Assembly: GCA_044229975.1 (NCBI GenBank)
Contig: JBGARZ010000029.1
Coordinates: 1 to 64,000, forward strand
Source of the DNA: Polyangiales bacterium
Lineage (GTDB): Bacteria; Myxococcota_A; Polyangia; Polyangiales; Ga0077539
DNA length: 64,000 nucleotides
Reading direction: 5' to 3'
The position numbers were made by a program, and so were the translations under genes. Of the stretch, positions 1 to 8,966 are shown in pieces. Each line of letters opens with the position of its first letter. Position 1 is the first letter of the stretch. The notes under the pieces are model-generated. The model ran no database searches. It had not been told where the DNA came from and worked only from the letters and a program-made list of their open reading frames with translations.

Positions 1-40
1 AGTCCCCGGGGCTTACGCCGCAGCGTCAGCCCCGGGGACT
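1..40. terminator. GC-rich hairpin downstream of kdpE (terminator or REP-like palindrome)
   Basis: Perfect 13-bp inverted repeat AGTCCCCGGGGCT (1-13) / AGCCCCGGGGACT (28-40). The flank is cut by the window edge. Confidence 0.4.
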
Positions 41-75
41 GCCACCACGCGAAGTTGTGTGGGAGCTCATAGCCC

Positions 76-780
76 TCACCCCCCATCCCTGAACCGATAC
101 CCCACACCCTGTTCGGTCGCGAGGTGCCTTGGCCTCGCCGGGTCGGCCTCCACCTTCTTCCGCAGCTCCGCCATGTGGACCCGCACGTAGTGCGTCTGGT
201 TCGCATACGCCGCTCCCCATACTTCTTTCAATATCTGCCGGTGCGTCAGCACCTTCCCCGCGTTTTGCGCCAATAGCACCAACAGCTTGTACTCAATCGG
301 TGTCAGGTGAACCGCCGCGCCGTCGCGCGTCACCTCCCGCCGCACCAGATCGATGCGCAGATCACCCGATTCCAGCACGGGCTCCGTGGCCCTTCCGCTG
401 CTCGCCTGCACCGAGTGACGCAGCGCCACCCGCATTCGCGCCAGCAGCTCGTTTACGCCAAAAGGCTTCGTCAGGTAGTCGTCCGCGCCCGCGTCCAGCG
501 CCGCCACCTTGTCGTCTTCGCGACCCCGCGCCGAGATCACCACGATCGGAACCCGCGTCCACTCCCGCATCCGCCGCGTCAGCTCGATGCCGTCGCCATC
601 GGGCAGCCCGAGGTCCATCAACACCAGGTCGGGGTTGTGGCTGCTCGCCTGGCGCACCGCCTCCTCGGCGCTGCCCGCCTCCATGAAGCGATACCCGTGC
701 GACGTCAGCGACGCCCGCAAGAACCGCTGCATCTGCGGCTCGTCTTCCACCACCAGCACCAGCGCACCCGCGTCACTCAT
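76..780 (-). CDS. kdpE: OmpR-family response regulator KdpE
   Basis: Receiver motifs VVEDE, DLGLPDGDG, GADDYLTKPF, then winged helix LRVHM-like segment and TEQGVGYRF. Overlaps the kdpD stop. Confidence 0.95.
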   Translation of the reverse strand: MSDAGALVLVVEDEPQMQRFLRASLTSHGYRFMEAGSAEEAVRQASSHNPDLVLMDLGLPDGDGIELTRRMREWTRVPIVVISARGREDDKVAALDAGADDYLTKPFGVNELLARMRVALRHSVQASSGRATEPVLESGDLRIDLVRREVTRDGAAVHLTPIEYKLLVLLAQNAGKVLTHRQILKEVWGAAYANQTHYVRVHMAELRKKVEADPARPRHLATEQGVGYRFRDGG

Positions 781-3395
781 GGCTCACCGTCCATCGTCGG
801 TTGTTCGCCCACGCGCGGCAGCGTCACCCGGAAGACCGCGCCGCCGCCAGCACGGTTCTCGGCGGTGATGGTTCCGTTGTGGGCCTCGACCATCCCGCGG
901 CAGATGGGCAGCCCCAACCCCACACCACCCACCCCCACGTGCGGACCCCGATAGAACTTCTCAAACACCCGCCCCAAAGCCTCTTCGGGCAAGCCCGGTC
1001 CGCGGTCGGCCACCTCGAAGACCACCGACGACTCGTCCGCACGCGCCGTGATCTCCAATGGACTCTCGGCGGGCGTGTACTTCGCGGCATTTTCCAGGAG
1101 GTTCAACAGCACCTGTTCGATGAGCACCGGGTCCACCGACAACAATGGCAGGTCATCGGGCAATCGCACCGTCACGGGCCTTCCGCCCAACCGCTTCTCC
1201 AATCGCGTCAGCACCGACCCCACCATCTCCTCCAGCGGCACCCACTCGCGCTTCAACGGCAATCCCCCCGACTCCAGGCGGGTCATGTCGAGCAGGTTGG
1301 CCACCAGCCGCTCCATGCGCTCCGCCTCGTCGCAGATCGCGCCCAGCAGCCCCGCCCGCTCCTCCGGCGGAACCGTCGCCGACTCGTCCCGCAGCGTCGT
1401 CGCGGCGCCCGTGATGGCCGCCAGTGGGGTTCGCAGGTCGTGTGACACCGCGCTCAAGAGCGAGCTCCGCATCTCCTCCATCCTCGCTCGCAACGCCGCC
1501 GCCTTGGCCTCTTCGGTGAGCCGCGAGCGCGCCGCCGCCAACGCCGCCTGACGAACAAAGGTGTCGAGGAAATCGCGCGACTCACGGTCCATCGCGCGCG
1601 GGCCGGAGAGCGCCAGGACGCCAAGCACCCTCAACCCCGAACGCAACGGCAGACAGGTGAGACGCGCGCCCGGCAACGTGTCCGTCCCAGCGCCCGCGGG
1701 CTGGCCGTGTTCGAGCACCCACGACACGACGGCCCGCTCGTCCGACCCGAAGGGCATCTCGCCTGACTGCGCGCTCATCGCCAGCGCTCCGTCGCGCGGC
1801 GCCAGCACCACGCCCGCCGCCGTGTGAAACACCTCGCTCGCCTGCTTCGTCAACACGGCCGACACCTGCGCGTCGTCGACGGCAGCGCCCAGCGCCCGGC
1901 TCAATGTGTAGAGGGACACCGTGCGCGCCTCGCGCTCGCGGGTGTTGGACTCTTGTCGCTTGAGCCGCAACGCCAGCGCGCTGATGACCTGGCCCACGCC
2001 AAACATCATCCCGAAGGTCAGCGTGTGCCTCCCGTCCGACACCGCGAAGGTGAACAGCGGCGACACGAAGAAGAAGTCGAAGGCCGCCACCGAGAGCGCC
2101 GACGCCGCCACCGACGGCCCGCGCCCGAAGCGCAGCGCGACCACCATGATGACCAGCAGATAGATCATCGACAGGTCGGCGAGCGTGAGCGCCGAACGCG
2201 CCACCCAGGAGAGCGCCGTCGCCGCGACCACGGCCACCGCCGCCAGGGCGTACCCGGTGACGTTGACCTCCGTCGCGACGGACTCGGCGCGCTCGGTCGG
2301 CGCGGTCTTGTCGGCGTCGCCCGAGATGACGTGGACGTCGATGTCGCCGCTGCCGCGCACCACCTCGTCGAGGAGTGATCCGCGGAAGAGGTCGCGCAGG
2401 CGCGGGTGCGTGGGCTTGCCCAGGATCATCCGCGTGACGTGGTGGGTGCGCGCGTAGGTCAGCAGCGCCGTGCTCACGCGATCGCCGGTGAGGCGGGCCA
2501 CGTCGCCGCCCATGGACTCGGCGAGGCGGAGGTGGGCGTCGAGGCGTTCGAGGTCGTCTTTCGACAACGGCGCGGCGGCGGTGCGCTCGACGTAGACGGC
2601 GACCCACTGCGCGCGGAGGCCCGCGGCCATGCGACGCGCCGCGCGGATGAGGCGCGCCGAGGCGGGCGACGGGCCGACGCAGACGAGGACACGCTCGGCG
2701 GCGGTCCAGGTCTGCTCGATGGCGTTTTCTTCGCGGTAGGCCTGGACGTCGACGTCGACGCGGTCGGCGACGCGGCGGAGCGCGAGCTCGCGCAGGGCGA
2801 GGAGGTTGCCGCGCTGGAAGAAGTTCTGCGTGGCGCGCGCGGCCTGCTCGGGGAAGTACACCTTGCCTTCGCGCAGGCGCACCAGCAGCTCGTCGGGCGG
2901 AAGGTCGACGAGCTCGATCTCGTCGGCGCGGTCGAGCACCGCATCGGGAACGGTCTCGCGCACGCGCACCGAGGTGATCTGCGCGACGACGTCGTTGAGG
3001 CTCTCGACGTGCTGGACGTTGAGCGTGGTGTAGACGTCGATGCCCGCATCGAGGAGCTCGACGACGTCCTGCCAGCGCCTGGGGTGGCGCGATCCGTCGG
3101 CGTTGGAGTGCGCGAGCTCGTCGAGCAGCAGCGTGCGCGGGTTTCGCGCGAGGGCCGCGTCGAGGTCGAACTCCGTCAGCGAACGCCCGCGGTGCTCGAC
3201 CTTGCGGAGTGGCAGGAGCGTGAGCCCGAGGAGCATCGAGCCGGTGTCGTAGCGGCCGTGGGTCTCGACGGCGCCGACCACGACGTCGTGGCGCTGGTCG
3301 AGCATGTCGCGCGCGACCTGGAGCATGCGGTAGGTCTTGCCGACGCCCGGTGCGAAGCCGAAGAAGATCTTGAGGCGGCCTCGTTGCGCGTCCAC
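777..3395 (-). CDS. kdpD: Sensor histidine kinase KdpD
   Basis: GRLKIFFGFAPGVGKTY, DELAH, Usp domain, 4 TM helices, SHDLRTPL H-box, NLLENAAKY and GxG boxes. Start placed at GTG 3395 to avoid overlapping the upstream gene. Confidence 0.95.
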   Translation of the reverse strand: MDAQRGRLKIFFGFAPGVGKTYRMLQVARDMLDQRHDVVVGAVETHGRYDTGSMLLGLTLLPLRKVEHRGRSLTEFDLDAALARNPRTLLLDELAHSNADGSRHPRRWQDVVELLDAGIDVYTTLNVQHVESLNDVVAQITSVRVRETVPDAVLDRADEIELVDLPPDELLVRLREGKVYFPEQAARATQNFFQRGNLLALRELALRRVADRVDVDVQAYREENAIEQTWTAAERVLVCVGPSPASARLIRAARRMAAGLRAQWVAVYVERTAAAPLSKDDLERLDAHLRLAESMGGDVARLTGDRVSTALLTYARTHHVTRMILGKPTHPRLRDLFRGSLLDEVVRGSGDIDVHVISGDADKTAPTERAESVATEVNVTGYALAAVAVVAATALSWVARSALTLADLSMIYLLVIMVVALRFGRGPSVAASALSVAAFDFFFVSPLFTFAVSDGRHTLTFGMMFGVGQVISALALRLKRQESNTREREARTVSLYTLSRALGAAVDDAQVSAVLTKQASEVFHTAAGVVLAPRDGALAMSAQSGEMPFGSDERAVVSWVLEHGQPAGAGTDTLPGARLTCLPLRSGLRVLGVLALSGPRAMDRESRDFLDTFVRQAALAAARSRLTEEAKAAALRARMEEMRSSLLSAVSHDLRTPLAAITGAATTLRDESATVPPEERAGLLGAICDEAERMERLVANLLDMTRLESGGLPLKREWVPLEEMVGSVLTRLEKRLGGRPVTVRLPDDLPLLSVDPVLIEQVLLNLLENAAKYTPAESPLEITARADESSVVFEVADRGPGLPEEALGRVFEKFYRGPHVGVGGVGLGLPICRGMVEAHNGTITAENRAGGGAVFRVTLPRVGEQPTMDGEP

Positions 3396-3403
3396 GCTGC
3401 CGA

Positions 3404-4579
3404 TCAGAACGTCGCGACGGCCCCGAGGTGGAACGCCCAGTCCTGGTCGACGCCGTTGCGGAAGCCCCACCACGAGTAGTGCTGCACTGACGCCTTCACG
3501 CGGTAACCGCGCTCGATGACGTACTGCGCGCCGAGGGTCCAGCGCGACACGCCCGCGTCGAAGTCGACCACCGAGCCCGGCGCGGTGTTGCCGCGGCGGC
3601 GCAGGCCGTCCCAGCGCAGGATGACGTCGAGGTTGCGCAGGACGGGCTGCTCGACCTCCACGTACCAGCCGTCGCGCGTCTGGAAGGTGCGCTCGGGGAG
3701 CGATCCGTCAGGCAGCGCCTGGAGCGCGTACTCGAAGCGCTCCTGGTCGCCGGCGTACATGTCCGTTCGGCGGATGAGGTACTCCGCGCGCACGTTGGTG
3801 CGGCCCGCGCGCAGGTACAGGTCGGCGCCGACGATGGTGTACGTCATGCGGGCGCGGGTGTCGTAGGCGCCCCAGATGGCGGATCCGCCGACGGTGAGGT
3901 CGACGCGGTCGGCGAGGCGCGCGGTGAGCCCGACGCGGCCGCCGACGGAGGGCTGCGAGTTGTTGTCGATGTAGTACGGGGCGGCCGAGCGCGACGCGAT
4001 GAAGTCGACGTCGTAGGGGGTGTCGGTGTTGGCGCGCAGACCCGCGACGGCGTGGGCGGCGTAGTCGAGTTGCAGGCGGCGGCCGAAGAAGTGCGAGCCG
4101 GAGATCTCGATGCCGTTGTCGACGTAGGGGGAGGGGAGCACCGAGCGCCCGAAGTCGAGCATGCGGAGCATGCGGCCCATGTCGTAGGGGAGGGGCTTGT
4201 CCGAGAGGCGGTGGTTGCCCGGGTCGTGGCGCAGACCGAACTCGCCGAAGGTCGGCGAGAAGCGCCCGAGGCGGATGTTGAACTCGTCGGCGAGGCGGAA
4301 GTCGACGTAGGCCATGCCGACCTCGAAGCCGTGGCAGCCGAAGCAGGCCTTCACGTTGGCCGAGGCGTGGCGGGAGATGTCGACGGCGAGCTTGAGCGAC
4401 AGCTCTTCGGTGAAGCCGTCAAGGGTGTGGCTCGCGGGCCGTGGGTCGCTGCGCGCAAAGGGCGTAAAGAGGTAGTCAAGCTGGAGGGTGCCCGCGAGGT
4501 TGAGGTCGATGGACTCCGCCACGAAGGGCGAGAAGACACCGACCAGACAGAGAAGCAGAAGCAGCAGCCGTGACTTCAT
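3404..4579 (-). CDS. Outer-membrane beta-barrel (porin-like) protein with a CxxCH motif
   Basis: Signal peptide, alternating amphipathic strands, C-terminal Phe (LGAVATF); CFGCH at 4331-4345. Confidence 0.7.
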   Translation of the reverse strand: MKSRLLLLLLCLVGVFSPFVAESIDLNLAGTLQLDYLFTPFARSDPRPASHTLDGFTEELSLKLAVDISRHASANVKACFGCHGFEVGMAYVDFRLADEFNIRLGRFSPTFGEFGLRHDPGNHRLSDKPLPYDMGRMLRMLDFGRSVLPSPYVDNGIEISGSHFFGRRLQLDYAAHAVAGLRANTDTPYDVDFIASRSAAPYYIDNNSQPSVGGRVGLTARLADRVDLTVGGSAIWGAYDTRARMTYTIVGADLYLRAGRTNVRAEYLIRRTDMYAGDQERFEYALQALPDGSLPERTFQTRDGWYVEVEQPVLRNLDVILRWDGLRRRGNTAPGSVVDFDAGVSRWTLGAQYVIERGYRVKASVQHYSWWGFRNGVDQDWAFHLGAVATF

Positions 4580-4905
4580 CGCGTCACTCCCACTCCGCCG
4601 TCGGGCGATCGCCGCGCGGCGGAGTACCAGTTAAGAAACCTCATCAGCGCGGGGACCTCATCGGGGGAGATGCCGGAGCCGGGCATCCGGCGCATGCGGT
4701 CGACGTACTCGCGCCAGTGGGCCTCGTCGTCGACGCGCGCGTTGAGCGGACGTGAGAGCGAGTGGCACCGCGAGCAGCGCCGCCCGAAGAGGTCGTAGTC
4801 GTCGCGCAGGTTGGGCGGGACGACGGAGACGTCGAGGCCCTCGCCGCGTTGGTACGCGCCGCACCCCAGGGCGATGAGCGCGCAGAGCATGAGCAGGCGG
4901 CGCAT
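4576..4905 (-). CDS. Small monoheme cytochrome c-like lipoprotein
   Basis: Start MRRLLMLCALIALGC (lipobox-like), CSRCH heme motif, distal Met in RMRRMPG; 4-nt overlap with the porin gene. Confidence 0.75.
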   Translation of the reverse strand: MRRLLMLCALIALGCGAYQRGEGLDVSVVPPNLRDDYDLFGRRCSRCHSLSRPLNARVDDEAHWREYVDRMRRMPGSGISPDEVPALMRFLNWYSAARRSPDGGVGVTR

Positions 4906-4964
4906 CGCGGGCGATGAGGCCACAACGCCGCACGAGCGCGCAAGGGAATCCCGAGCGGCCTGAC

Positions 4965-5393
4965 CTACAAGCGCTCGACCCAGGCGTGGATCACCGCCGC
5001 GAGCGCCTCGCGATGGGCCACGAGCTCGTCCATGTCGCGCAGCTTGATGACGGCGCGGTCGGGCGAGAGCCAGGTGAGCCGCTTCGCCGGGTCGGGAAAC
5101 GCCTTCGCGAAGGCGGCATCGTCCTTCACCTTCGCGCCGCGGTGCAAGACCACGAGCACGGCGTCGCGCTGCCGCAGGTTGATGGTCGCGAAGTAGTCGT
5201 CGGTGCGGAAGCTCGGGGCGTTCCATTTGACGCCCTCGGCGACGCGGGGGTGGGCGGCCAGGATGGCGTCGCGCACGGCGGCGATCTCCGCCTTGAGCGG
5301 GTGATCGAGGTCGCGCATCAGGTCGTCGACGGTGGCGGGTACCTTCGCTCCGGCGGCGGTCGGCTTGCGGGTGGTGGCCATCGGGCGGGTCAA
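4965..5393 (-). CDS. DUF1801 (YdhG-like) protein
   Basis: VDDLMRDLDHP...EGVKWNAPSF signature. Confidence 0.8.
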   Translation of the reverse strand: MTRPMATTRKPTAAGAKVPATVDDLMRDLDHPLKAEIAAVRDAILAAHPRVAEGVKWNAPSFRTDDYFATINLRQRDAVLVVLHRGAKVKDDAAFAKAFPDPAKRLTWLSPDRAVIKLRDMDELVAHREALAAVIHAWVERL

Positions 5394-7441
5394 CGCCCGA
5401 GCACGTCGTCGAAGAAGCGCACGAGCTCGCCGTAGGCGCGCACACGGTTCTCGCGGCGGAAGATGCCGTGGCCCTCGTTTTCGAAGCGGATGTACTCGAC
5501 GCGCTGGCGGCGCGCGCGCAGGGCCTCGACGATCTGCTCGGCCTCGCTCACCGGCACGCGGGGGTCGTTGGCGCCGTGGATCACGAAGAGCGGCGCGCGG
5601 ATGCGGTCGACGTGGTGGATGGGCGAGATGCGGTCGAGCAGCTCACCGTCGCGGGCGAGCGAGCCGTACTCCGCCTCGCGCAACGCGCGACGGTACGAGG
5701 CCGTACGTTCGAGGAAGGTGCGGAAGTTCGCGATGCCAACGATGTCGCAGCCCGCCGCCCAGAGGTCGGGGTCGAGGGTCAGCGCGGCGAGCACCATGTA
5801 GCCGCCGTACGACCCGCCGAGCACGGCGATGCGGTCGGGGTGGACGTCGGGCCGCGCGCGCAGCCAGCGGTTGACGGCGGCGAGGTCGCGCACGCTGTCC
5901 TCGCGGTGCTCGACGTCGTCGAGGTGGGAGAAGCGCTTGCCGTAGCCGGTCGATCCGCGGACGTTGGGCGCCGCGACCACGTAGCCGTGACCCACGAGAA
6001 ACTGGATCACCGCGCTGAAGTAGGGGTTGAACTGCGACTCGGGGCCGCCGTGCACCCACACCACCACGGGCGCGCGCTCGCCCGCTCGCAAGCCCCGCGG
6101 GGTGTAGAGGAAGGTCGGGACGTCGAGGCCGTCGAAGCTGCGAACGTGCTCCAGCGTGGGCTCGACGAGGGCGCTCGGGTCGAGGCCCGCGTGGTCGCTC
6201 GCGGTGACGACAGACACTTCGCCCGAGGGCGTGGCGACGCGGTAGATCTCGTCGGGCGCCGTGGCGCGCGAGAGGTCGACGAAGAGCGCGCTGCCGTCGT
6301 GCGCGAAGGACACCGACGACACGACGCCCGGCGGGAGCTGCGGGCGGGTGAGCTCGCGCGGGTGCGCCGGGTCGGCCGCGTCGTAGAGCCGGAGCTGGCT
6401 GTACCCATCGATGTTGAACACCAGCGCCAGGGTGTTGTGCGAGAGGGCGATGGACTCGATGTCGTGCTCGTCGTCGAGGACGAAGGTGGGCGCGCCGGTG
6501 GTGGGCGCGTCGGTGGGGATGAGCGCCAGGTTCATGGCCTCGCGGCCGTGGTCGGAGAGCACGAAGAGGCTGCGGCCGTCGGCGGTGAAGGTCGGGTGCT
6601 GGTAGCGGACGTCGCCCTCGTGCGGGGTGAGCCGCAGCGCGGTGGGCAGAGCCGGCGCCGGTGGAGGCGTCGCGGGCGCAGGCGTCGCCGCGGCAGCGGG
6701 GCGAGCGGGCGCCGGTCGCGCAGGAGCAGGGCGAGCGGGCGGACGACGCGCGGGCGTGGGGGAGACCGTCGGCGCGGGCGGTGCGGGGGGGGTGAGGTCG
6801 ACGACGAAGACGTCCTGGTCGAAGTTGGAGCGCTCCTCCAACAACACGAGGCGCCGCCCATCGGGCGAAAACGTGATGGCCTCGTGATGCCCGGTGGCCT
6901 CGAAGACGCGGCGCGCGGCGCCGTCCTCGACGGGTCGGACGTAGACGTCGAAGTCTCCGGCCGAGCGGCTGTTGGCGGCGAAGGCGACCTGGTGACCGTC
7001 GTCGGAGAGGGCGCCGAAGAGGGTCTTCACGCGCGGCTCGGGGGTGAGCGAGACGAGCGACTGGCCGTCGGGGAGCGAGCGGAAGATCTGGGTGTTTTCA
7101 TCGCCGCCGGTGTCACGTCCCGTGAAGACGAAGCGGCCATCGGGGTTGTAGGCGACGAACTGCACACGCTCGGTGGCCGTCACGAGGCGACGCCAGGACG
7201 CCTCCGCGGCGGGGGTCGCGCCGACGTCGGCGGCGTGCGCCTGGGGGAGCCCGGCGGTGTCGGAGAGGAAGGTGACGATGTGGCCATCGGGGGAGGGCGA
7301 CGGGCCCCACGCGCGGTGCACGTTGAGGAGCTGGTCGAGCGTCGGACCCGAGCGCGGCTGCCACCGGATGGTGGTGGGGGTCGCGGGGCGCGCGGCGCAG
7401 GCCGAGAGGCACAGAAGGGCGGCGAGGGTGGGGCGCTTCAT
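5390..7441 (-). CDS. S9 (prolyl oligopeptidase family) peptidase, lipoprotein
   Basis: Beta-propeller followed by an alpha/beta hydrolase: VHGGPE, GGSYGG, HGANDPRV, EGHG. Confidence 0.92.
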   Translation of the reverse strand: MKRPTLAALLCLSACAARPATPTTIRWQPRSGPTLDQLLNVHRAWGPSPSPDGHIVTFLSDTAGLPQAHAADVGATPAAEASWRRLVTATERVQFVAYNPDGRFVFTGRDTGGDENTQIFRSLPDGQSLVSLTPEPRVKTLFGALSDDGHQVAFAANSRSAGDFDVYVRPVEDGAARRVFEATGHHEAITFSPDGRRLVLLEERSNFDQDVFVVDLTPPAPPAPTVSPTPARRPPARPAPARPAPARPAAAATPAPATPPPAPALPTALRLTPHEGDVRYQHPTFTADGRSLFVLSDHGREAMNLALIPTDAPTTGAPTFVLDDEHDIESIALSHNTLALVFNIDGYSQLRLYDAADPAHPRELTRPQLPPGVVSSVSFAHDGSALFVDLSRATAPDEIYRVATPSGEVSVVTASDHAGLDPSALVEPTLEHVRSFDGLDVPTFLYTPRGLRAGERAPVVVWVHGGPESQFNPYFSAVIQFLVGHGYVVAAPNVRGSTGYGKRFSHLDDVEHREDSVRDLAAVNRWLRARPDVHPDRIAVLGGSYGGYMVLAALTLDPDLWAAGCDIVGIANFRTFLERTASYRRALREAEYGSLARDGELLDRISPIHHVDRIRAPLFVIHGANDPRVPVSEAEQIVEALRARRQRVEYIRFENEGHGIFRRENRVRAYGELVRFFDDVLGR

Positions 7442-8086
7442 CGCCGCGGGATATCACGGAACGCCTCGCCCGCGGCAGGGAGGCGTCGCCCGCGCGAGGC
7501 GATCAGAAGTTGTAGTAACCGCCCGACTCGTAGCAGCGCATGGTGCTGGTCCCGACGTTGAGGGCGGCGCGGTAACACCGGCCGTTGCCGTCGCTGTCGA
7601 CCCAGGCGTTGTTGCAGTCCGCAAACGCAGTGACATCAACAAGCACAGCCGTCACTCGCCCTGTTCGATCACCCGCTCGTCGTCCGACCAGATCAGCGCG
7701 TGCAGCCGCGGGTTCTCGCGGGTGCTGCCGATGACGTACGAGATCGAGTGACCGCACACGAGGTGACCCACCTCGATGGCGACCTCCGTCGCGCGGCCGT
7801 CGTGGTCGTAGTCGCCCACGTCGAGGAAGGTCACCCACGGGAGACGAGCGTTCGCCTCGGGGGAAAGATGGACCCCGGACGGGACCTCGACGTGCCACGG
7901 GGTGAGCAGCTCCGTCCCGCACTCCGTCAATGAGCGTGCCCATCGGTGGGCGACGAGCATTGGCGTCGAGTCAAGCGCGATGCGTGGTCGGCGCACCACG
8001 TCGGGATGGAGGCGGCGACACGGGGGAGAGATGGTCTCGATCCTTGCGCGACGCGACCCGGCTGCACTACAGCCTGCGCCCCCGAC

Positions 8087-8881
8087 ATGGCACGCACCCA
8101 GCCCGAGTCACGACACACCTCCGAGCTCTGCGAGGCCGCCTACGAGCGGCTCGCGCCCACCCTCGAACCCACCGACGGCACCGAGCTCCTCCCATCTCCC
8201 CCGGAGGTGCGCGCGGTGGTGCGCGCGGCCCTCGACGCCTCCGACCTCGCCGACGAGGGAGAGCTCCCGGCGCGCCTCGCGCGGCTGCCCGCCGAGGAGT
8301 TTGCGCCGACCGTTCCGGCCGACGTGCGCGAGATCGCGCGGGCCATGCGGCACATGCTCGCGCGGCGCGACGAGGCCGAGCAGCAGGGCTCCGGGCTGCT
8401 GCTCACCGATGAGTTCGCGACGCTGGCCCACGACACCCGCGCGCGGATGCTCAAGGTGGCGCTGCACTACTTCGAGGACGACACCGCCAAGGCCGCCGAG
8501 CTCAAGCGCGTCGGTCGCAAGAAGGGCCACGCCCCGCTGCGCGACGACCTGGAGAAGCTCGCGGCCTTCTACGAGGCCGAGCAGGCCGTGGTCTCGCTCG
8601 ACCCGAAGTACTACCGGGCCGACGACGTCGCCGAGGCGCGGCGCATCGCGGCCGAGCTCACGACGCAGCTCCGCGCGGCGCAGTCCGACGAGCTCGCGCG
8701 CTGGGACGACCGGCTCGCCCGCGCCCTGGCGGCGCTGGTCCCGGTCTACGACGAGCTGCGCGCCGCGGGTCAGTACCTCCTCCGCGCCGGTGGCGCCGAG
8801 CGCTTCGCCGCGCTGCCCGGCGCCCGCAAGCGAGCCCGCAAGGACGACGCTCCCGCGGTCGTCGCGCCGCCGTCGGCGTAG
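8087..8881 (+). CDS. Hypothetical helical protein
   Basis: Host-like codon bias from ATG 8087; no motif recognised. Confidence 0.7.
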   Translation: MARTQPESRHTSELCEAAYERLAPTLEPTDGTELLPSPPEVRAVVRAALDASDLADEGELPARLARLPAEEFAPTVPADVREIARAMRHMLARRDEAEQQGSGLLLTDEFATLAHDTRARMLKVALHYFEDDTAKAAELKRVGRKKGHAPLRDDLEKLAAFYEAEQAVVSLDPKYYRADDVAEARRIAAELTTQLRAAQSDELARWDDRLARALAALVPVYDELRAAGQYLLRAGGAERFAALPGARKRARKDDAPAVVAPPSA

Positions 8882-8966
8882 GCGCCCGCTTTCTGGCCTC
8901 GTTGGACCCGGGTGGCCTACGACGGAGCGTCGCTCTGTCGTCCCACTTGAGGGGTACCCGCTTCCG

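Noticed and set aside
6630..6810. Pro/Ala-rich insert in the S9 peptidase
   Set aside because: It is an ordinary low-complexity linker with no intein or mobile-element features.
7503..7999. Small minus-strand ORFs with DYDHDG and DSDGNG Ca-loop-like motifs
   Set aside because: They look like fragments without clear starts and cannot be supported as genes.
7902..8966. N-terminal extension of the 1284-aa addB ORF
   Set aside because: It is an off-frame shadow of the 8087-8881 gene; the plausible start is ATG 8967.
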